Below are positions 41,231 to 52,089 of a DNA stretch of 64,000 nucleotides, piece by piece. Below the pieces are notes generated by a model that was not told the DNA's origin, did not search any database, and worked only from the letters and a program-made list of their open reading frames with translations. Within the stretch, counting starts at the first letter, position 1; every line of letters starts with the position of its first letter. This stretch comes from an uncultured Prochlorococcus sp. Its GTDB lineage: Bacteria; Cyanobacteriota; Cyanobacteriia; PCC-6307; Cyanobiaceae. The DNA is taken from NCBI GenBank assembly GCA_902572075.1, contig CACGER010000005.1, forward strand, positions 5,590 through 69,589, in the 5' to 3' direction. The translations under genes and the position numbers were made by a program.

Positions 41231-43837
41231 CTAACTTTTCTTTTTCCTTGTAGTTTTTTTATTACTAATTTTTGTTTTTTTTAAAATTGAGCCTTTTTTA
41301 TCTTTTAGTTTTTCTTCTAAAAGAGATACTGCGTCATTTATGGTAATTTTTTCTATATCAGTATCTTTGGCAATCGATACATTAGTTTTGCCACATTTTA
41401 AATAAACGCCATATCTTCCATTTAATATTTGAATTTTTTCTTTAAATTCTTTCGGTTTTCCAAAGTCTTTAAGTACCTCTTGACCACCTCTACCCATTTT
41501 TGGCATCGCAAGAATTTCTAATGCTCGTTCTATATCAACTGTAAAAACATCATCCTCTTTCTTTAAGGATCTGTTTTCAGATTCATTTTCATTTTTAATC
41601 CATTTGATATAAGGGCCAAATCTTCCTCTATCAGCTTCAACAACTCCTCCTTCAGGATGAATTCCTAACAATCTAGGCAAACTTAACAATACAAGAGCCT
41701 CATCTAGAGTTAGATCATCAGTTTTCAACTCTTTGGGTAATGAAGCTCTTCTTGGTTTAGCATTATCTTGATCATTATTTCCCAATTGTACGTAAGGTCC
41801 ATAAGGTCCAAATCTTAAAAAGACTTTTTCTCCAGTTTTTGGATCAGTTCCAAGATCCGATGGGCCACTTAAGATTTGATCAACTTGCTTTATGTCTAAA
41901 TCTCCAGGAGTAATATCCATTGGAAGATTACCTTTAGCCTGAATTTCATTACCAGATTCATCAATTTTTGTACCCTCTAACCAAGGTCCGTTAGAGCCTA
42001 TTCTGACGACGCAAGGAAGGTCTTCGAAATCAACTTGCCTATAAGCTTTACCATCAATATCACCCTCTGTTTTCTGAACCTTTACCTCCAAACCATTTTT
42101 ACCTTTATAGAAAGTTTCTAGGTATGGTAGCCACTCAAGATTGCCTGAAGATATTTCATCCAATGAAGATTCCATCTTTGCAGTAAAAGTAGTATCAACC
42201 AGATCAGGAAAATGTTCTTCTAACAAAGCAGTAACAGCAAAAGCTGTAAATGTTGGAGCCAAAGTATTGGAAGATATATTCGCATAACCTCTATCAACTA
42301 TGGTTCCAATAATGCTGGCATAGGTAGAAGGTCTGCCAATCCCTTCTTTTTCAAGAACTTTAACTAATGCAGCCTCTGTATATCTTGCAGGAGGTTTAGT
42401 TTCATGAAAAGTAGATTCCTTATTAGTAACTTCAAGACATGTTCCAATTGTTAAGTTTGGGAGTATAATTTCTTGTTGTTCAAGGGATGAACTTGGATCA
42501 TCACTTCCCTCGACATAAGCTCTAAAAAATCCTGCGAAATCAATACTTTTCCCACTCGATTTGAATAGTCCATCCCCTACGCTAATTTCAGCATTGATCA
42601 TTGTTAGCTTAGCTTCCGCCATTTGACTAGCTACAGTTCTTTTCCAAATTAAATCGTAAAGTGATAAGTCCCTACCAGTTAGATTAGTTTCCTTTGGAGT
42701 TTTAAATACCTCACCTGCCGGCCTAATAGCTTCGTGTGCTTCTTGAGCATTTCTTGCAGTTGAATTAAATTGTCTTGGTGAGTTAGATAAATATTCTTTT
42801 CCATACATAGAACTTACACATTCTCTAGCAGCTCTTGTTGCTTGTTCGGAAAGATGAACTGAATCAGTTCTCATATATGTTATGAACCCTCTCTCATATA
42901 GCCCTTGTGCACATCTCATAGTTTCTCTTGCAGACAAACGAAGCTTCCTATTTGCTTCTTGTTGTAATGTGCTAGTTGTAAATGGAGGAACTGGCTTACG
43001 AGTGGATGGCTTTTTTTCGATTTTTGAAACTAACCAATCTTCTGAGGAAAAAGTCCTCAAAAGATCATTTACTTGTTCTTCTCCAATTATTAAAGATTTG
43101 TTTCCTTCTTTTAACTTTCCAGATTGTTCATCGAAATCAGAACCGTTAGAAATTCTTTGACCCTTTAAACTGAATAATTTAGTTTCGAAAGTAATATTAT
43201 CTTTTACAAGGGAAGCTTTAATCCCCCAGTAACTAGCTTTTTTAAAGGATCTTCTTTCTCTCTCTCTTCTAACGAGAAGCCTTACAGAAACTGATTGCAC
43301 ACGACCAGCAGATAGTCGGGGGGCTACCTTCTTCCAAAGTAAAGGAGATAATTCATATCCAAAAAGCCTGTCCAAGATTCTTCTTGTTTCTTGAGCCTGA
43401 ACAAGTTCCATATCAATTTCTCTTGTTTGGTCTAAAGCTTTATTAATTGCCTTTTTAGTGATTTCATGAAAAACCATTCTCTTAGTTGGTATTTTAGGCT
43501 TAAGTATTTGCATGAGATGCCAGCTAATGCTCTCTCCCTCCCTATCTTCATCAGTTGCCAGTAATAGCAGGGTCGCACCTTTCAATGCATCTTTTAACTC
43601 TTTAACAACCTTTTTCTTATCTTTTGGAACTATATAAAGTGGTTCAAAATCTTCTGTTGTATTAACTCCTATCCTTGACCATTTTTCCTTTTTAACCGCA
43701 GCAGGTATTTCAGCAGCTCCTTTTGGAAGATCTCTTACATGTCCCATTGAAGCGAGAACTTCATAATTAGAAGGCAAAAACTTTCTTATAGTTTTTGCTT
43801 TGGTGGGACTTTCAACAATAACAAGTGTGTGATCCAA
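41231..43837 (-). CDS. topA: DNA topoisomerase I
   Basis: LVIVESPTKAK, ATDEDREGE, SAGRVQS, ITYMRTDS catalytic Tyr, C-terminal GRFGPY repeats. Confidence 0.98.
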   Translation of the reverse strand: MDHTLVIVESPTKAKTIRKFLPSNYEVLASMGHVRDLPKGAAEIPAAVKKEKWSRIGVNTTEDFEPLYIVPKDKKKVVKELKDALKGATLLLLATDEDREGESISWHLMQILKPKIPTKRMVFHEITKKAINKALDQTREIDMELVQAQETRRILDRLFGYELSPLLWKKVAPRLSAGRVQSVSVRLLVRRERERRSFKKASYWGIKASLVKDNITFETKLFSLKGQRISNGSDFDEQSGKLKEGNKSLIIGEEQVNDLLRTFSSEDWLVSKIEKKPSTRKPVPPFTTSTLQQEANRKLRLSARETMRCAQGLYERGFITYMRTDSVHLSEQATRAARECVSSMYGKEYLSNSPRQFNSTARNAQEAHEAIRPAGEVFKTPKETNLTGRDLSLYDLIWKRTVASQMAEAKLTMINAEISVGDGLFKSSGKSIDFAGFFRAYVEGSDDPSSSLEQQEIILPNLTIGTCLEVTNKESTFHETKPPARYTEAALVKVLEKEGIGRPSTYASIIGTIVDRGYANISSNTLAPTFTAFAVTALLEEHFPDLVDTTFTAKMESSLDEISSGNLEWLPYLETFYKGKNGLEVKVQKTEGDIDGKAYRQVDFEDLPCVVRIGSNGPWLEGTKIDESGNEIQAKGNLPMDITPGDLDIKQVDQILSGPSDLGTDPKTGEKVFLRFGPYGPYVQLGNNDQDNAKPRRASLPKELKTDDLTLDEALVLLSLPRLLGIHPEGGVVEADRGRFGPYIKWIKNENESENRSLKKEDDVFTVDIERALEILAMPKMGRGGQEVLKDFGKPKEFKEKIQILNGRYGVYLKCGKTNVSIAKDTDIEKITINDAVSLLEEKLKDKKGSILKKTKISNKKTTRKKKS

Positions 43838-44012
43838 GGTTTACTTCAAAAATTGGTGTTTTTGTTCAGTTAGGGCATATTATGATTATTTGAAGCTTTT
43901 TCAAGTAATTTCTTCTTAAAATTTCAAAAATCATACCTACAAATTATAATCAAGTTAAGATTAACTCTTAGACCCTTACAATCAAACATCTAATTTAATC
44001 CAATTTAATAAA

Positions 44013-45533
44013 GTGCCCAACGAAATCTTTACAATTAATTTAAATGCTCAAGCCATTATTCCAGAGGCTTTTATTTTACTAGGTATTGTTGGAACACTTC
44101 TTGTAGATTTAGCTGGAGAAAAAACAGCATCAAAATGGGCACCAATAATTTGCTATTTATCGATTGGAAGCTCTCTTGTTAGTTTGGCATTGCAATGGAG
44201 TAATCCGGTAGAAATCGCATTCCTCGGGTCTTTTAATTCAGATAATTTAGCAATCGCATTTAGAGCAATAATTTCTTTATCAACCTTAGTATCTTTACTT
44301 ATAAGCTGGCGATATACAGAACAAAGTGGTAGCCCTATTGGCGAGTTTGCTGCGATAGTTCTTTCGGCCACCCTTGGAGCAATGCTTTTGTGTGGATCTA
44401 CTGATCTTATTAGTGTATTTATATCTTTGGAAACTTTATCCGTAGCAAGCTACTTACTTTCTGGTTATCTCAAGAGAGACCCAAGAAGTTCAGAGGCGGC
44501 TTTAAAATACCTCCTTGTTGGATCAGCTGCTGCTGCTGTCTATTTATATGGATCCTCTTTTCTTTATGGATTAAGTGGTTCAACAAACTTAGCGACAATA
44601 GGTTTAGAGATAATCAATAAGCCATCCTTCATTACGTCACTAGCTCTTGTATTTGTCTTATCAACAGTTGCATTTAAAATTGCTGCTGTTCCCTTTCATC
44701 AATGGACTCCAGATGTATATGAGGGTTCACCTACACCAGTAGTAGCTTTTTTATCTGTCGGTTCAAAAACAGCAGGCTTTGCATTTGCAATAAGAATATT
44801 AAGCACAACTTTCTCTTCTTTTGACGAAGAATGGAAACTTTTATTTTCCATTTTGGCCATATTAAGCATGGCTCTAGGAAATGTTGTAGCTCTAGCTCAA
44901 ACCTCAATGAAAAGGATGCTAGCTTACAGTTCTATTGGACAAGCCGGGTTTGTAATGATTGGAATAGTTTCTGGCACACAAGATGGTTTATCAGCAGCTG
45001 TTTTATATTTAGCTGCATATTTATTTATGAATTTGGGTGCATTTTCTTGTGTAATACTTTTCTCACTAAGAACTGGTTCTGACAGAATTCTTGATTACTC
45101 AGGACTTTACCAAAAAGATCCTCTCATTACATTAGGCTTAAGCCTTTGTCTTCTCTCTCTTGGAGGTTTACCTCCAATGTTAGGATTTTTTGGAAAGATA
45201 TACTTGTTCTTTGCAGGTTGGGCAAATCATCAATATCTATTAGTAATAGTTGGATTAGTAACTTCAGTTATATCTATTTATTACTACATTTCAGTGATAA
45301 AAATGATGGTTGTTAAAGAACCACAGGAAGCTTCTGAAATAGTCAAATCATATCCTGAAATTAATTGGGGAATTGTGGGATTACCTCCCTTGAGAATTGC
45401 ACTTTATACTTGCATCGCAGTAACTGCTCTTGGAGGAATCCTTTCTAATCCTCTTTTTAAATTAGCTAATACAGCGGTTTCAGAAACTCCTTTCTTACAG
45501 GATATTATTGCTACAGCAAATAAAATTTCCTAG
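44013..45533 (+). CDS. ndhB: NAD(P)H-quinone oxidoreductase subunit 2
   Basis: [48 protein letters not shown]. Confidence 0.96.
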   Translation: MPNEIFTINLNAQAIIPEAFILLGIVGTLLVDLAGEKTASKWAPIICYLSIGSSLVSLALQWSNPVEIAFLGSFNSDNLAIAFRAIISLSTLVSLLISWRYTEQSGSPIGEFAAIVLSATLGAMLLCGSTDLISVFISLETLSVASYLLSGYLKRDPRSSEAALKYLLVGSAAAAVYLYGSSFLYGLSGSTNLATIGLEIINKPSFITSLALVFVLSTVAFKIAAVPFHQWTPDVYEGSPTPVVAFLSVGSKTAGFAFAIRILSTTFSSFDEEWKLLFSILAILSMALGNVVALAQTSMKRMLAYSSIGQAGFVMIGIVSGTQDGLSAAVLYLAAYLFMNLGAFSCVILFSLRTGSDRILDYSGLYQKDPLITLGLSLCLLSLGGLPPMLGFFGKIYLFFAGWANHQYLLVIVGLVTSVISIYYYISVIKMMVVKEPQEASEIVKSYPEINWGIVGLPPLRIALYTCIAVTALGGILSNPLFKLANTAVSETPFLQDIIATANKIS

Positions 45534-45549
45534 AAGAATTCTTCAATAA

Positions 45550-46236
45550 ATGTCTAAGAAAGTCGCTAGTTTAGAAAATATATCTAAAACATATGGAAAA
45601 GAGGATCTAACTGTAAAAGCCTTAGACAGCATAAACTTAGAAATTTATAAAGGTGATTATTTAGCTGTAATGGGAGCTAGTGGGTCAGGCAAAAGTACAG
45701 CTATGAATATTATTGGATGTCTAGATAGACCATCTAAAGGCATCTATAAATTAAATGGCATTCCTGTTGAGAATTTATCTGATGATGAGCTCGCGGAAAT
45801 ACGCAACCAAAAATTAGGCTTCGTTTTTCAACAATTTCATCTTCTTTCAGACGCAACTGCACTTGAAAACGTAACTTTGCCGATGATTTATGCCGGTATT
45901 GATCCTGAACAAAGATTAGAGCGTGGTAAGAATGCCTTAAAAAAAGTTGGCCTTTCAGAAAGAATGAATAATCGTCCAAACCAATTATCTGGAGGTCAAC
46001 AACAACGAGTTGCTATCGCGAGGGCTATTATCAATAACCCTGCAATTTTGTTGGCAGACGAACCTACTGGAGCACTAGATTCAAAAACCACTGAAGATGT
46101 ATTAGATCTTTTTGACAAACTGCATGAATCTGGAATAACTATAGTTTTAGTTACCCATGAAGATGAAGTTGCGAATCGCGCAAAAAAAATAGCCAAATTT
46201 AAGGATGGAAGAATAATTGAATTAAAAGTTAATTAA
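45550..46236 (+). CDS. ABC transporter ATP-binding protein (LolD/MacB-like)
   Basis: GASGSGKST, GFVFQQFHL, LSGGQQQRVAIARA, ADEPTGALD. Confidence 0.92.
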   Translation: MSKKVASLENISKTYGKEDLTVKALDSINLEIYKGDYLAVMGASGSGKSTAMNIIGCLDRPSKGIYKLNGIPVENLSDDELAEIRNQKLGFVFQQFHLLSDATALENVTLPMIYAGIDPEQRLERGKNALKKVGLSERMNNRPNQLSGGQQQRVAIARAIINNPAILLADEPTGALDSKTTEDVLDLFDKLHESGITIVLVTHEDEVANRAKKIAKFKDGRIIELKVN

Positions 46237-46238
46237 AT

Positions 46239-46988
46239 TCAAAACAGTCTAATTACCTTCAGTTGAGTTTCATTTTTAATTCTTAAATTCCCATTGACAT
46301 CAATATCTTTAATTTTCCACGTATGAGGACAGTAACCACTAGGTAAAAAACTTTTAGTAAGAAACTTATTTGCAGATTTAATCACATATTCTTTCTTCTT
46401 ATTACATTCAATAGCATCATAAAAAGCTTTAAGAACTTTGGCTGTCCAATAATGATGATTAATATTCTTAGTTTGAAGTACTTTTGATAATGAAATGCCT
46501 TCTGATGGAGTGTAATTTAAAACGTTCATACCAATTCCTACTCTTACATAGATAATTTCTTTGCCTCTTGTTATCACCCTTGGTAAAAATCCAATCAACT
46601 TTTTTGAACCAAAAAAAATATCATTTGGCCATTTCAAACAAACATTTATATTCTCTTGTCTAAGCATTTCACACAACTTAATACCTAAAGACAAATTAAA
46701 TATTTGACATGCAAATTCTTTTGAAAATATTGGGTAAGCTGCACTTAACCAAATCCCGCCTTTTGGAGAAACCCAAGTTTTTGAGTTTTGGCCAATCCCC
46801 GAGAACTGTTCTCTGGCGATTACTGCTAGTGGCTGATTTTTCTTTATTTCAGAATATCCAAGCAAGTTTGTTAGCTCATTTTCGGTACTTTTACATTTTA
46901 TTTTGTAAAGAAGTCTCCAAGTTGGATATTGACCCTGGATTTTTTTTAAGTAAAAAACTGTCTTAGATGCAGATCCAATAACTTTCAA
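46239..46988 (-). CDS. birA: Biotin--acetyl-CoA-carboxylase ligase
   Basis: Q.SG.GQ...W.SP.GG.W.S, LKWPNDI, KKL.G, GIGMN. Confidence 0.9.
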   Translation of the reverse strand: MKVIGSASKTVFYLKKIQGQYPTWRLLYKIKCKSTENELTNLLGYSEIKKNQPLAVIAREQFSGIGQNSKTWVSPKGGIWLSAAYPIFSKEFACQIFNLSLGIKLCEMLRQENINVCLKWPNDIFFGSKKLIGFLPRVITRGKEIIYVRVGIGMNVLNYTPSEGISLSKVLQTKNINHHYWTAKVLKAFYDAIECNKKKEYVIKSANKFLTKSFLPSGYCPHTWKIKDIDVNGNLRIKNETQLKVIRLF

Positions 46989-47017
46989 AATTCTTTATTA
47001 AAACAACGAGCATCTTT

Positions 47018-47548
47018 TTGAAGATTATATTAACTTTAGTCTTAATAAGTAAATTTTACAAATTGGACAAAAAGTATTTGCCAATAGTGAATAGAAGGAA
47101 TCCACATCCATTAAAAAATTGTCTTGACAATTTCAAAAAATCATGGGGAGACTTAGATAAACTTTCTAAAATCAACGAAAACTGGAAGAACTTAATCGGC
47201 CTAGAACTATCTCAAGAATGCAAACCATTAAATATTGAAAAAAAAATACTTACTATTGCAGTAAATCATCCACAGTGGCGCCAAGCTTTAATTTATAACA
47301 AGCATAAATTAAAAGAAAGAATCGAGGAAATTGGAATAACTTTGAATGAAATAAAAATAATACAAAATTATGAAATTAAAAATAAAAATATCAAAGATAC
47401 TAATGCAAAGATAGTTTGGGCAGCGCATCCAAGCAGAATCCATCAAAATAATATGTGCATTTGTACTCTCTGTAAATCCCCGACTCCCGAGGGCGAAATC
47501 AAAAGATGGGGAAAGTGTTCTTTATGTTGGAGAAAAATAAATAACTAA
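47018..47548 (+). CDS. DUF721 / DciA-family Zn-ribbon protein
   Basis: W..LIG..L...C.P, LTIAV.HP.W.Q.L and C-terminal C..C...C..C; start uncertain. Confidence 0.75.
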   Translation: MKIILTLVLISKFYKLDKKYLPIVNRRNPHPLKNCLDNFKKSWGDLDKLSKINENWKNLIGLELSQECKPLNIEKKILTIAVNHPQWRQALIYNKHKLKERIEEIGITLNEIKIIQNYEIKNKNIKDTNAKIVWAAHPSRIHQNNMCICTLCKSPTPEGEIKRWGKCSLCWRKINN

Positions 47549-47553
47549 ATTCT

Positions 47554-48255
47554 TTATTTAGTTAAAATTAGTATGCCCATTTGTCCCCCCAAAATAGTCC
47601 TATATTCAGCTTTTTCAAATCCAACTTCCAAAGCAATATTTAAAAGCTCATTTTTCTTTGGAAAATTTCTAATACTTTTTTCAATATATGCGTACTCTGG
47701 ACCTAAATTAAAAAGCCGCGAAATGGGTACCACAATAAATCTCAAATAAATTTCCTGAAATATATTGGATAAAGAACCCTTTGTTGAGTGATTAAAATCC
47801 AAAAATCCTGCCCTTCCGTTATCCTTCAAAAGATAAAAAACTTTTTTTATTCCTTCTTCAACATTATTCAAGTTTCTTAGTCCATATGACATGCAAATTC
47901 CATCAAAATTTTTTGAATAATCATTAATTTCTAATACATCTCGAATTTCCCACTTAATATATTTATTTTTTTTAAACTCTGATTTTTTCTTTGCAATATT
48001 TAAGATATCCTCTGCACTGTCAATTCCAGTAATTGAGCCCATTGGACTAACTCTCTCAGAAATTAAGAATGCTAAATCTCCAGTTCCACAGCACAAATCA
48101 GCCCAATCTTCACCATTTAAAGGTTCCAATAAATTAACTAATTTCCTTTTCCATAATCTGTGCAGCCCAAAACTTAATAAATTATTTAAAAAGTCATATT
48201 TATAAGAAATTTTATTAAATATATTTTTGACCTCGATAGCTTTTGTGAATTTCAT
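47554..48255 (-). CDS. ubiE: Demethyl(phyllo/mena)quinone methyltransferase MenG/UbiE
   Basis: F..I...YD..N..LSFG.H..WK, DLCCGTGD, YGLRN. Confidence 0.9.
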   Translation of the reverse strand: MKFTKAIEVKNIFNKISYKYDFLNNLLSFGLHRLWKRKLVNLLEPLNGEDWADLCCGTGDLAFLISERVSPMGSITGIDSAEDILNIAKKKSEFKKNKYIKWEIRDVLEINDYSKNFDGICMSYGLRNLNNVEEGIKKVFYLLKDNGRAGFLDFNHSTKGSLSNIFQEIYLRFIVVPISRLFNLGPEYAYIEKSIRNFPKKNELLNIALEVGFEKAEYRTILGGQMGILILTK

Positions 48256-48299
48256 TTTAAATTTTAAGCTTATTTCTTTTTGGGTTTAAAGTAAATTTT

Positions 48300-49070
48300 T
48301 TATTCATATGGTCTAATTGGAAGTTTTTTTTCGAGGAGGAAAGTTTTTATTTCTTTTAAAGTAAGTTTCTTATCATGAAGTAATGATGCTAAAAGTGCAG
48401 CTGATGCCCTGCCCTCTTTGAAAACATCATAGATATCCTCTAGAGAGCCTGCCCCTCCAGAAGCAATTACTGGGATATCAACAATATTTGCAACGGTTTC
48501 CGTCAAATTCAAATCATATCCATTCTGTGTTCCATCACCATCCATTGAAGTAAGCAATATTTCCCCCGCACCTAATTCCTCAACTTTCTTTGCCCAACTT
48601 AATACATCTATACCAGTATTTTCTCGCCCTCCTTTGACATATACCTCCCACTCACCAAACTTATTAACTTTTCTTCGAGCATCAATTGCTATAACGATGC
48701 ATTGAGTACCAAATTCTTTAGAACTTTCAGAAATTAAATCAGGATTTCTTACGGCTGAGGAATTCAAACTCACTTTATCCGCTCCTGCTCTTAAAAGATC
48801 ATTGATAGAAGAAACAGAATCAATACCCCCACCTACTGTAAAAGGGATTTTTACTGATTTTGCTGTCCTAGAAACAAGGTCAACTAATGTATTCCTATTT
48901 TCCACACTTGCTCTAATATCTAAAAATACTAATTCATCAGCGCCTTCATCAGAATATTTACAAGCCAATTCAACAGGATCGCCTGAATCTCTCAAGTTAA
49001 CAAAATTTATCCCTTTAACTACTCTGCCATTGGCGACATCTAAACAAGGAATTAAACGAAGAGCTACCAT
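48300..49070 (-). CDS. hisF: Imidazole glycerol phosphate synthase subunit HisF
   Basis: [36 protein letters not shown]. Confidence 0.98.
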   Translation of the reverse strand: MVALRLIPCLDVANGRVVKGINFVNLRDSGDPVELACKYSDEGADELVFLDIRASVENRNTLVDLVSRTAKSVKIPFTVGGGIDSVSSINDLLRAGADKVSLNSSAVRNPDLISESSKEFGTQCIVIAIDARRKVNKFGEWEVYVKGGRENTGIDVLSWAKKVEELGAGEILLTSMDGDGTQNGYDLNLTETVANIVDIPVIASGGAGSLEDIYDVFKEGRASAALLASLLHDKKLTLKEIKTFLLEKKLPIRPYE

Positions 49071-49129
49071 TTTAGTAAAAATTGTCCAAATGCTGTTAAT
49101 CTTGCATAATAGCTTCCATTTTACCTCTT

Positions 49130-49354
49130 ATGGCTGAAACAAAATTATTACCCAAAATCGGTAGTAAAATCAAAATTAACATTAACAAAGTAAAAGATAG
49201 ACTACCAGCTAAATTAATCGATCAAATATCCACGAATCCTAAAGCCGTGATAACAGGCTATAAAATGACAGACGGTAGAAGTATTGGGATCACCGCAAAA
49301 TTTCAGAATGGTGAGCAAAATTGGTTTTTCCCAGAAGAAATTGAGAAAGGTTAA
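49130..49354 (+). CDS. petP: DUF2862 / PetP-like cytochrome b6f-associated protein
   Basis: IG..I.I..V.DRLP, GYKMTDG..IG and WFF.EE; upstream of chlG. Confidence 0.8.
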   Translation: MAETKLLPKIGSKIKININKVKDRLPAKLIDQISTNPKAVITGYKMTDGRSIGITAKFQNGEQNWFFPEEIEKG

Positions 49355-49362
49355 AGAGTAAA

Positions 49363-50310
49363 GTGAATGATCCAAAACAACTATTAGGAATTAAGGGTGC
49401 CTCTGAAACATCAAGTATATGGAAACTCCGTATACAGTTAATGAAACCCATAACGTGGATCCCTTTGATATGGGGAGTTATTTGTGGAGCAGCTGCAAGT
49501 GGGAATTTTGAATGGACATTTAGCAATGTCCTAGCTTCATTAGCATGTATGTTGATGAGTGGACCACTTCTGGCTGGTTATACCCAAACCATAAATGATT
49601 TTTTTGATAAAGAAATTGACGCAATTAACGAGCCAAATAGACCAATTCCTTCTGGCAAAATTTCAATTAAAGATGTAAAAATACAAATTTGGGTATTACT
49701 TATCGCAGGTTTAATAGTTGCTTTTCTATTAGATTTATATGCTAAGCACAGCTTCCCCTCCGTCTTACTTTTGGCATTAGGAGGTTCCTTTGTTAGTTAT
49801 ATATATTCTGCTCCGCCACTTAAATTAAAACAGAATGGTTGGCTTGGAAATTATGCATTAGGGGCATCTTATATAGCATTACCTTGGTGGGCAGGACAAG
49901 CCTTGTTTGGGAAATTAACTATCGTGACGGCGATACTAACACTTTCTTATAGCCTCTCAGGACTTGGAATTGCTGTTATTAATGATTTCAAAAGTGTTGA
50001 AGGAGACTCAAAGCTAGGCTTAAATTCTCTACCAGTAGTATTTGGAATTAAAAATGCAAGTAGAATAAGTGCAGGACTGATTGACATTTTTCAATTAGCA
50101 ATGGTGATAGTATTAGTCATTATTGGTCAACATTTAGCCTCTGTAATCTTGGTTTTATTGGTAATTCCACAAATTACATTTCAAGAAATGTGGTTACTAA
50201 GAGACCCTCTAAAGTTTGATGTTAAATATCAAGCAAGTGCCCAACCGTTTCTTATAACTGGAATGTTAGTTACAGCTTTAGCGATAGGACATAGTTTTTT
50301 AGTTGCTTAA
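49363..50310 (+). CDS. chlG: Chlorophyll synthase
   Basis: QLMKPITWIPLIWG, TQTINDFFD..IDAINEP.RPIPSG, NDFKSVEGD. Confidence 0.98.
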   Translation: MNDPKQLLGIKGASETSSIWKLRIQLMKPITWIPLIWGVICGAAASGNFEWTFSNVLASLACMLMSGPLLAGYTQTINDFFDKEIDAINEPNRPIPSGKISIKDVKIQIWVLLIAGLIVAFLLDLYAKHSFPSVLLLALGGSFVSYIYSAPPLKLKQNGWLGNYALGASYIALPWWAGQALFGKLTIVTAILTLSYSLSGLGIAVINDFKSVEGDSKLGLNSLPVVFGIKNASRISAGLIDIFQLAMVIVLVIIGQHLASVILVLLVIPQITFQEMWLLRDPLKFDVKYQASAQPFLITGMLVTALAIGHSFLVA

Positions 50311-52075
50311 GGTGCAAAAGATTAAATTCAAATCTTTTGTTTTAATAATTCCAATATTAATTTTTTCTGGAATATCATTTTATTTTTTTAGTCTAATATT
50401 TAGTACATTAAAATTTGATGTATCTAAAAATAAAAAGTTTCGGGGAACCAAATATTCTTATGTAATATCATCTTCTGATAATAAGATACTAAGCAAATTA
50501 AGCCGCAAATTTGAAATAGATAATAGTTATCATAAAATTCCATTTTTTCTTAAACATTCTTTTATATCTTCTGAGGATAAAAGATTTTATAAACATAATG
50601 GAATAGATTTAAAAAGTATTTCTCGTGCCATTATTCAAAATATCAGAAGTGGTTATGTTAAAGAGGGAGGAAGTACGATTACACAACAAGTTGCTAGATT
50701 ACTTTTTCTAAATAATGATTTAAGTTTTCAAAGAAAAATCAAAGAAATATTTATATCACTCATTCTTGAATTTAGATATAACAAAAATCAAATTTTAAAA
50801 TTATATTTAAATAATATTTATCTAGGATCAGGAGCATACGGGGTAGACGAGGCTGCCCAAGTTTATTTTGGAAAATTTATAGAAGAATTGACATTATCAG
50901 AGATCGCATTAATTGCAGGATTAGCTCCAGCTCCATCAATTTATTCACCTTATCAAAATTTAGAACTGGCTATTAAAAATAGAAATAAAGTTCTTGAATC
51001 AATGTATGTTGACGGATATATTTCTCTTGCAAATAAGAATAAAGCTATTAAAGAAAAAATAAAGTTAAATTATCAAACAGCTGATAATTTTTTAGATGAT
51101 AAATTATTAATAAACTTTATTCTTCAGGAAACAGATAAAAAAATTGGAAGTAAAAATGATTATAAGTTTTTAAGAATTAAATCTTCTATCAAAAAAGATT
51201 GGCAAGAAAAAGGTCAAAAAATATCAAGATACGCAGGGCCTAAAGAACTTGAATTTGGTCTGTTATCTATCGAATCAAACACAGGACTAATCAGGGCAAT
51301 GATAACCAGCAAAAATCCATCAATTAATGAATACAATAGAGTAATTTCATCTGTAAGACCTTTAGGTTCTACTTTTAAAATAATCCCTTATGCTGCTGCT
51401 TTAATAGAGGGAATAAAATTAAGCGATAAATTTGAAGACTTAGAAATATGCTGGGAAAGTTATTGCCCAAAAAATTTTTCAGAAGATTATAGAGGTTCAA
51501 TATCTTTGATTGAATCATTTAAAAGTTCATCAAATATCGTTCCAATATCAATAGCAAAAAAAATCGGCTTAAAAAATATTATTAATTTAGCTAATTCATT
51601 TGGACTAGGTTATGAGCAAGAGTTTGAGGAATTCCCATCATTAGCTATTGGCGCCTACGGAGATAATCTTTTAAACATCACAAATGCATATTCTGCAATA
51701 AACAATAATGGGAAGATTCAAAGCCCTGAAATCATAGAAAAAATAGAATTATTTAAAAAACAACCTATTTGGGAAAATAAATCTATTTCCAAGAAAATAT
51801 TAGATTTAAAAATAAACAAGAAAATAAATAAACTTCTTGAAAAATCTGTAAAAGAAGGCACTTCAAAAGCAGCCTCTATAAAAGGAAAGAAAATTTATGG
51901 GAAAACAGGAACATCTGATGGAAATAAAGATCTCTGGTTTATTGGTTCCATTGATAACCTTACAACAGGGATTTGGATAGGTTACGACGATAACAAGGAA
52001 TCTGAATTATCTAGTGGGAATGCAGCTTATTTATGGAAAAAGTTCATATCTGAAATTTTTAAAATTCCAATTTAA
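50303..52075 (+). CDS. Class A penicillin-binding protein (transglycosylase/transpeptidase)
   Basis: EDKRFY.H.GID, GGSTITQQ, RK.KE, STFK, SSN, KTGT. Confidence 0.92.
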   Translation: MLKVQKIKFKSFVLIIPILIFSGISFYFFSLIFSTLKFDVSKNKKFRGTKYSYVISSSDNKILSKLSRKFEIDNSYHKIPFFLKHSFISSEDKRFYKHNGIDLKSISRAIIQNIRSGYVKEGGSTITQQVARLLFLNNDLSFQRKIKEIFISLILEFRYNKNQILKLYLNNIYLGSGAYGVDEAAQVYFGKFIEELTLSEIALIAGLAPAPSIYSPYQNLELAIKNRNKVLESMYVDGYISLANKNKAIKEKIKLNYQTADNFLDDKLLINFILQETDKKIGSKNDYKFLRIKSSIKKDWQEKGQKISRYAGPKELEFGLLSIESNTGLIRAMITSKNPSINEYNRVISSVRPLGSTFKIIPYAAALIEGIKLSDKFEDLEICWESYCPKNFSEDYRGSISLIESFKSSSNIVPISIAKKIGLKNIINLANSFGLGYEQEFEEFPSLAIGAYGDNLLNITNAYSAINNNGKIQSPEIIEKIELFKKQPIWENKSISKKILDLKINKKINKLLEKSVKEGTSKAASIKGKKIYGKTGTSDGNKDLWFIGSIDNLTTGIWIGYDDNKESELSSGNAAYLWKKFISEIFKIPI

Positions 52076-52089
52076 AAATAAATTATATT

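Noticed and set aside
45533-45544. GAAGAATTCTTC palindrome after ndhB
   Set aside because: Too short and lacks a loop and U-tract, so it cannot be called a terminator.
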